In this document: in pieces, positions 61,259-64,000 of the stretch
Numbering within the stretch: position 1 is the stretch's first letter
Layout: every line of letters starts with the position of its first letter
Assembly (NCBI GenBank): GCA_041652515.1
Contig: JBAZHD010000005.1
Location: 3,690 to 67,689, forward strand
DNA length: 64,000 nt
DNA from: Methanoregula sp.
Lineage (GTDB): Archaea > Halobacteriota > Methanomicrobia > Methanomicrobiales > Methanospirillaceae
Direction of reading: 5' to 3'
The notes under the pieces: model-generated
Told to the model about the DNA's origin: nothing
The model's database searches: none
What the model saw: the letters and a program-made list of their open reading frames with translations, nothing else
Position numbers and translations under genes: made by a program

Positions 61259-61273
61259 TTAACCGGCTTTTTT

Positions 61274-62092
61274 ATGGATCCAAAATTTTTTCTCGGTATC
61301 GGGCTTGCAATCGTCATCGTCTTTGCCGGTGCATCGGTATATACCCACTTTACGAAAATGCCGGATACTGCCCGGACAACGGATGATCGGGATGTACTGT
61401 ACCAGGTCTCGACCATAGATGCCCTGATGCAGGGTGTCTTTGACGGGGTCCAGCCGGTCGGGGAAACCCGTAAGCACGGCGACTTCGGGATCGGCACCTT
61501 CGATGCGCTGGATGGCGAGATGATCGTACTGGATGGCGTTGTTTACCAGGCAAAAGCAGACGGCCATATCTACACGGCCACGGACGGCCAGACAACCCCG
61601 TTTGCAACAGTGACGTATTTCGATCAGGATCAGGCAGTAACCACCGGCACTCCGATGAACCTTTCCGTCTTCTCTTCAACGATGGCAGAAAAGCTCCCGA
61701 CCGGGAACATGGTCTACGCGGTGCGGATGCACGGGACATTCCCCACCATGAAAGTCCGGGCGATACCGGCACAGCACAAACCCTACCCGACACTTGCCAA
61801 TGCATCAAAAAACCAGTCGGTTTACTCGTATTCCGACAGCACCGGGACGGTAATCGGATTCTATACCCCGGTCTTTTTCAAAGGGATCAATGTTGCAGGA
61901 TATCACCTCCACTTCATCAGCGATGACCGGAAGACCGGCGGGCACATTCTCGATCTCACCGTACCGGCAAACACCACGGTCGAGTATGACATCACCCCGG
62001 GATTTGCGATGGCCCTGCCCACCAGCGGCGACTTTACCGGTGTCGATCTCTCGCAGGATTTGAGTGCTGACCTTGCGAAGATCGAAAAATAA
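61274..62092 (+). CDS. budA: Acetolactate decarboxylase-family protein with N-terminal TM/signal segment
   Basis: YQVSTIDAL, GDFGIGTF..LDGEM, TPFA, GYHLHF, GGHIL. Confidence 0.85.
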   Translation: MDPKFFLGIGLAIVIVFAGASVYTHFTKMPDTARTTDDRDVLYQVSTIDALMQGVFDGVQPVGETRKHGDFGIGTFDALDGEMIVLDGVVYQAKADGHIYTATDGQTTPFATVTYFDQDQAVTTGTPMNLSVFSSTMAEKLPTGNMVYAVRMHGTFPTMKVRAIPAQHKPYPTLANASKNQSVYSYSDSTGTVIGFYTPVFFKGINVAGYHLHFISDDRKTGGHILDLTVPANTTVEYDITPGFAMALPTSGDFTGVDLSQDLSADLAKIEK

Positions 62093-62178
62093 TACCCTTT
62101 TTTTATGAGGAGAGTTTTTTTGTTTCCGGGACCAACAGGATCGGTACAGCATTTACGGAGCCGCAGGAGGAACATGCC

Positions 62179-62550
62179 ATGAAGATCAACGGGATAAAAA
62201 AAGATATTCTCTCGCTCCTTCTCCGGATGGCGCAGGACAGCCATCCCAACGAGTTCGTGGCACTTCTCCGTGAACGCGACGGGTTCATCGATGAAGTGAA
62301 TATGCTCCCGGGCACAGTCGTCCGCGAGGACTCCGCGTCGCTCTTCTATGACATGATGCCGCTCGATACCCATGTCGCGGGAAGCGCTCACAGCCATCCC
62401 AGCGGTCCGATCATCCCATCCGATGCTGATCTCAGGTTTTTTCCCCGGACCGGCAGATACCACCTGATCATCGGCTATCCGTACCGGAAGAATGACTGGC
62501 GGTGTTTTACTGCCGACGGGGAACCGCACGAACTAGAGGTTGTTGCATGA
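62179..62550 (+). CDS. JAMM/MPN+ metalloprotease
   Basis: E...HSHPSG...PSDAD motif. Confidence 0.88.
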   Translation: MKINGIKKDILSLLLRMAQDSHPNEFVALLRERDGFIDEVNMLPGTVVREDSASLFYDMMPLDTHVAGSAHSHPSGPIIPSDADLRFFPRTGRYHLIIGYPYRKNDWRCFTADGEPHELEVVA

Positions 62551-63011
62551 CCGGCCGGCGTATTGTTGCAACGGGCACCTTTGACCTCCTCCACCCGGGC
62601 CATCTCTTTTACCTGGAAGAATCAAAAAAACTCGGGGATGAACTGTTCGTGATCGTGGCACGCGATGCGAACGTGAAACACAAGCCTCATCCGATTATTC
62701 CCGAAGAACAGCGCCTTGCCATGGTTGCTGCACTGAAACCGGTGGACCATGCAATGCTCGGTGACGTGACCGATATGTTCCTGCCGATTGAGAAGATCCA
62801 CCCTGATGTTATCACCATCGGGTTCAACCAGATGTTCGACGCCGAGACCCTGTCCCGCCAGCTTAAAGAGAGAGGCCTGACACCCGAGATCGTGCGCATT
62901 GGAAGATTCCCCGGGGACGACCTCTGCAGTTCCCGCCTTGTGGTCCAGCGGATCATCACGAAAAGGGGCCACGACCACCACCACCTTGCAAAAAACGAGC
63001 ACGAGCCCTGA
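62547..63011 (+). CDS. ribL: Archaeal FAD synthase (cytidylyltransferase family)
   Basis: ATGTFDLLHPGH, VARD, CSS; follows the MPN gene with an ATGA overlap. Confidence 0.8.
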   Translation: MTGRRIVATGTFDLLHPGHLFYLEESKKLGDELFVIVARDANVKHKPHPIIPEEQRLAMVAALKPVDHAMLGDVTDMFLPIEKIHPDVITIGFNQMFDAETLSRQLKERGLTPEIVRIGRFPGDDLCSSRLVVQRIITKRGHDHHHLAKNEHEP

Positions 63012-63097
63012 AACCGATCCCCGGTAAAAACAGGGAGTACTGGAAGATCGCTCATGCCCGCATGCATTCGGCCGGGCTTGTGTTGACCGGGTAAATG

Positions 63098-64000
63098 TTA
63101 CCGGTTGTTGTGAGGCCGGTACATGAGTGCTTTTCGCCGGCTGCGACTGATAACCTCACGCCGTATCCAGGTACTGTATTTTGCCGTGAACGCACCAACA
63201 ATGGAGGTAAAGATTACCATTGCAGCAATAGTTGTTGCGATGACCGGCGATCCATATAATACGGCAAGTGCAATCGAGAACTCACCCCTGCTGATCATAT
63301 TTGCCCATATCTCAAGGCCCGAGAGGGTGGAGCCATGGAGGACGACACCGATGATCATACTGGAGACCAGCTTACTCAGGATTGCCAGTATGCAGATGAC
63401 CGCCACAACGAACCAGTCTACACCGCTGGTAAAGTCGATCGATACACCGAAGAATACAAAAAACATGACCATAAAGACATCCCGGAACGGCCGGGCATGC
63501 TGCTCAAATGCATCGGGATCCGTTGTTGCAAAGGCGGCTCCCAGCGCGATCACCATCAGGGTCTGGGGTATTCCCAGGTAGATGGCAACCGACGCGGTGG
63601 TGAGAACTGCCGCGAATGTAAAAAGGATCGGGATCTCATCATCGCGCTCAAGGATGGAAACGAGAAATTCCTTTCCGTAAAAGGAGATGGCATACATAAG
63701 GCCAAGGGCCAGCATAATCTTCACAAAGAACAACAGGAGGTTCTGATCGCTTGCCGAGAGGACGGCCAGGATGATGATCAGGATAATATCCTCAAAAACG
63801 GTCACCCAGATGATCGTCTCGGCCTCCTTGCTCATCAGTTTCCGGTTCTCAATCAGGGACGTGATGATGATAGCCGTGCTGGTGATATAGAATGCTGCAC
63901 CCACAATGAAGGCTTCCATGAGGGTGAATCCCAGCAGGTAGGACGCCGTAAAACCAATCCCCATATCCACGGTAAGGCCGATAAGCCCGCCGGTGAGAAC
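63098..64000 (-). CDS. Cation:proton antiporter (CPA2/KefB-like), 5' end outside the window
   Basis: TSTAII, VFEDI, FRDVF..FF..FG, RGEFS; multiple TM segments. Confidence 0.85.
   Translation of the reverse strand, partial: VLTGGLIGLTVDMGIGFTASYLLGFTLMEAFIVGAAFYITSTAIIITSLIENRKLMSKEAETIIWVTVFEDIILIIILAVLSASDQNLLLFFVKIMLALGLMYAISFYGKEFLVSILERDDEIPILFTFAAVLTTASVAIYLGIPQTLMVIALGAAFATTDPDAFEQHARPFRDVFMVMFFVFFGVSIDFTSGVDWFVVAVICILAILSKLVSSMIIGVVLHGSTLSGLEIWANMISRGEFSIALAVLYGSPVIATTIAAMVIFTSIVGAFTAKYSTWIRREVISRSRRKALMYRPHNNR

Noticed and set aside
62968-63011. His-rich tail of RibL as a metal-binding tag
   Set aside because: Short, and likely a variable C-terminal extension; no supporting context

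Overview
Chromosomal window of an archaeal methanogen, most like Methanomicrobiales (Methanoregula-type). This is inferred from SepRS, coenzyme F390 synthetase, aRF1, AglB, a Kae1-Bud32 fusion and the aIF2g-PIN-rpoE-spt4-S24e-S27ae gene order. Most of it is housekeeping: rps12/rps7, queDEC, argS/taw1/sepS, SufC/SufB(D), an amino-sugar/N-glycosylation cluster, tRNA-Gly and tRNA-Val, and a complete trpEGDCFBA operon. It also carries a mercury-methylation locus (AbrB-like gene, hgcA, hgcB, arsC). The most striking unexplained signal is a ~350-bp non-coding GATC-rich element present twice, in inverted orientation ~24.5 kb apart (16.27-16.64 kb and 40.83-41.19 kb). It is built from 13-bp quasi-palindromic cores on an exact 25-bp period with a conserved higher-order layout; one copy sits beside an orphan DNA methyltransferase and the other after a tRNA pair. 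Other leads are a hairpin-dense 290-bp element, a tetraloop-bearing RNA downstream of a small lysine-rich two-repeat protein, two possible GTA start codons at GTAA stop/start overlaps, a frameshifted pseudogene, and TRP-box-like operators. All calls were made by eye from motifs and gene order; no database searches were run.
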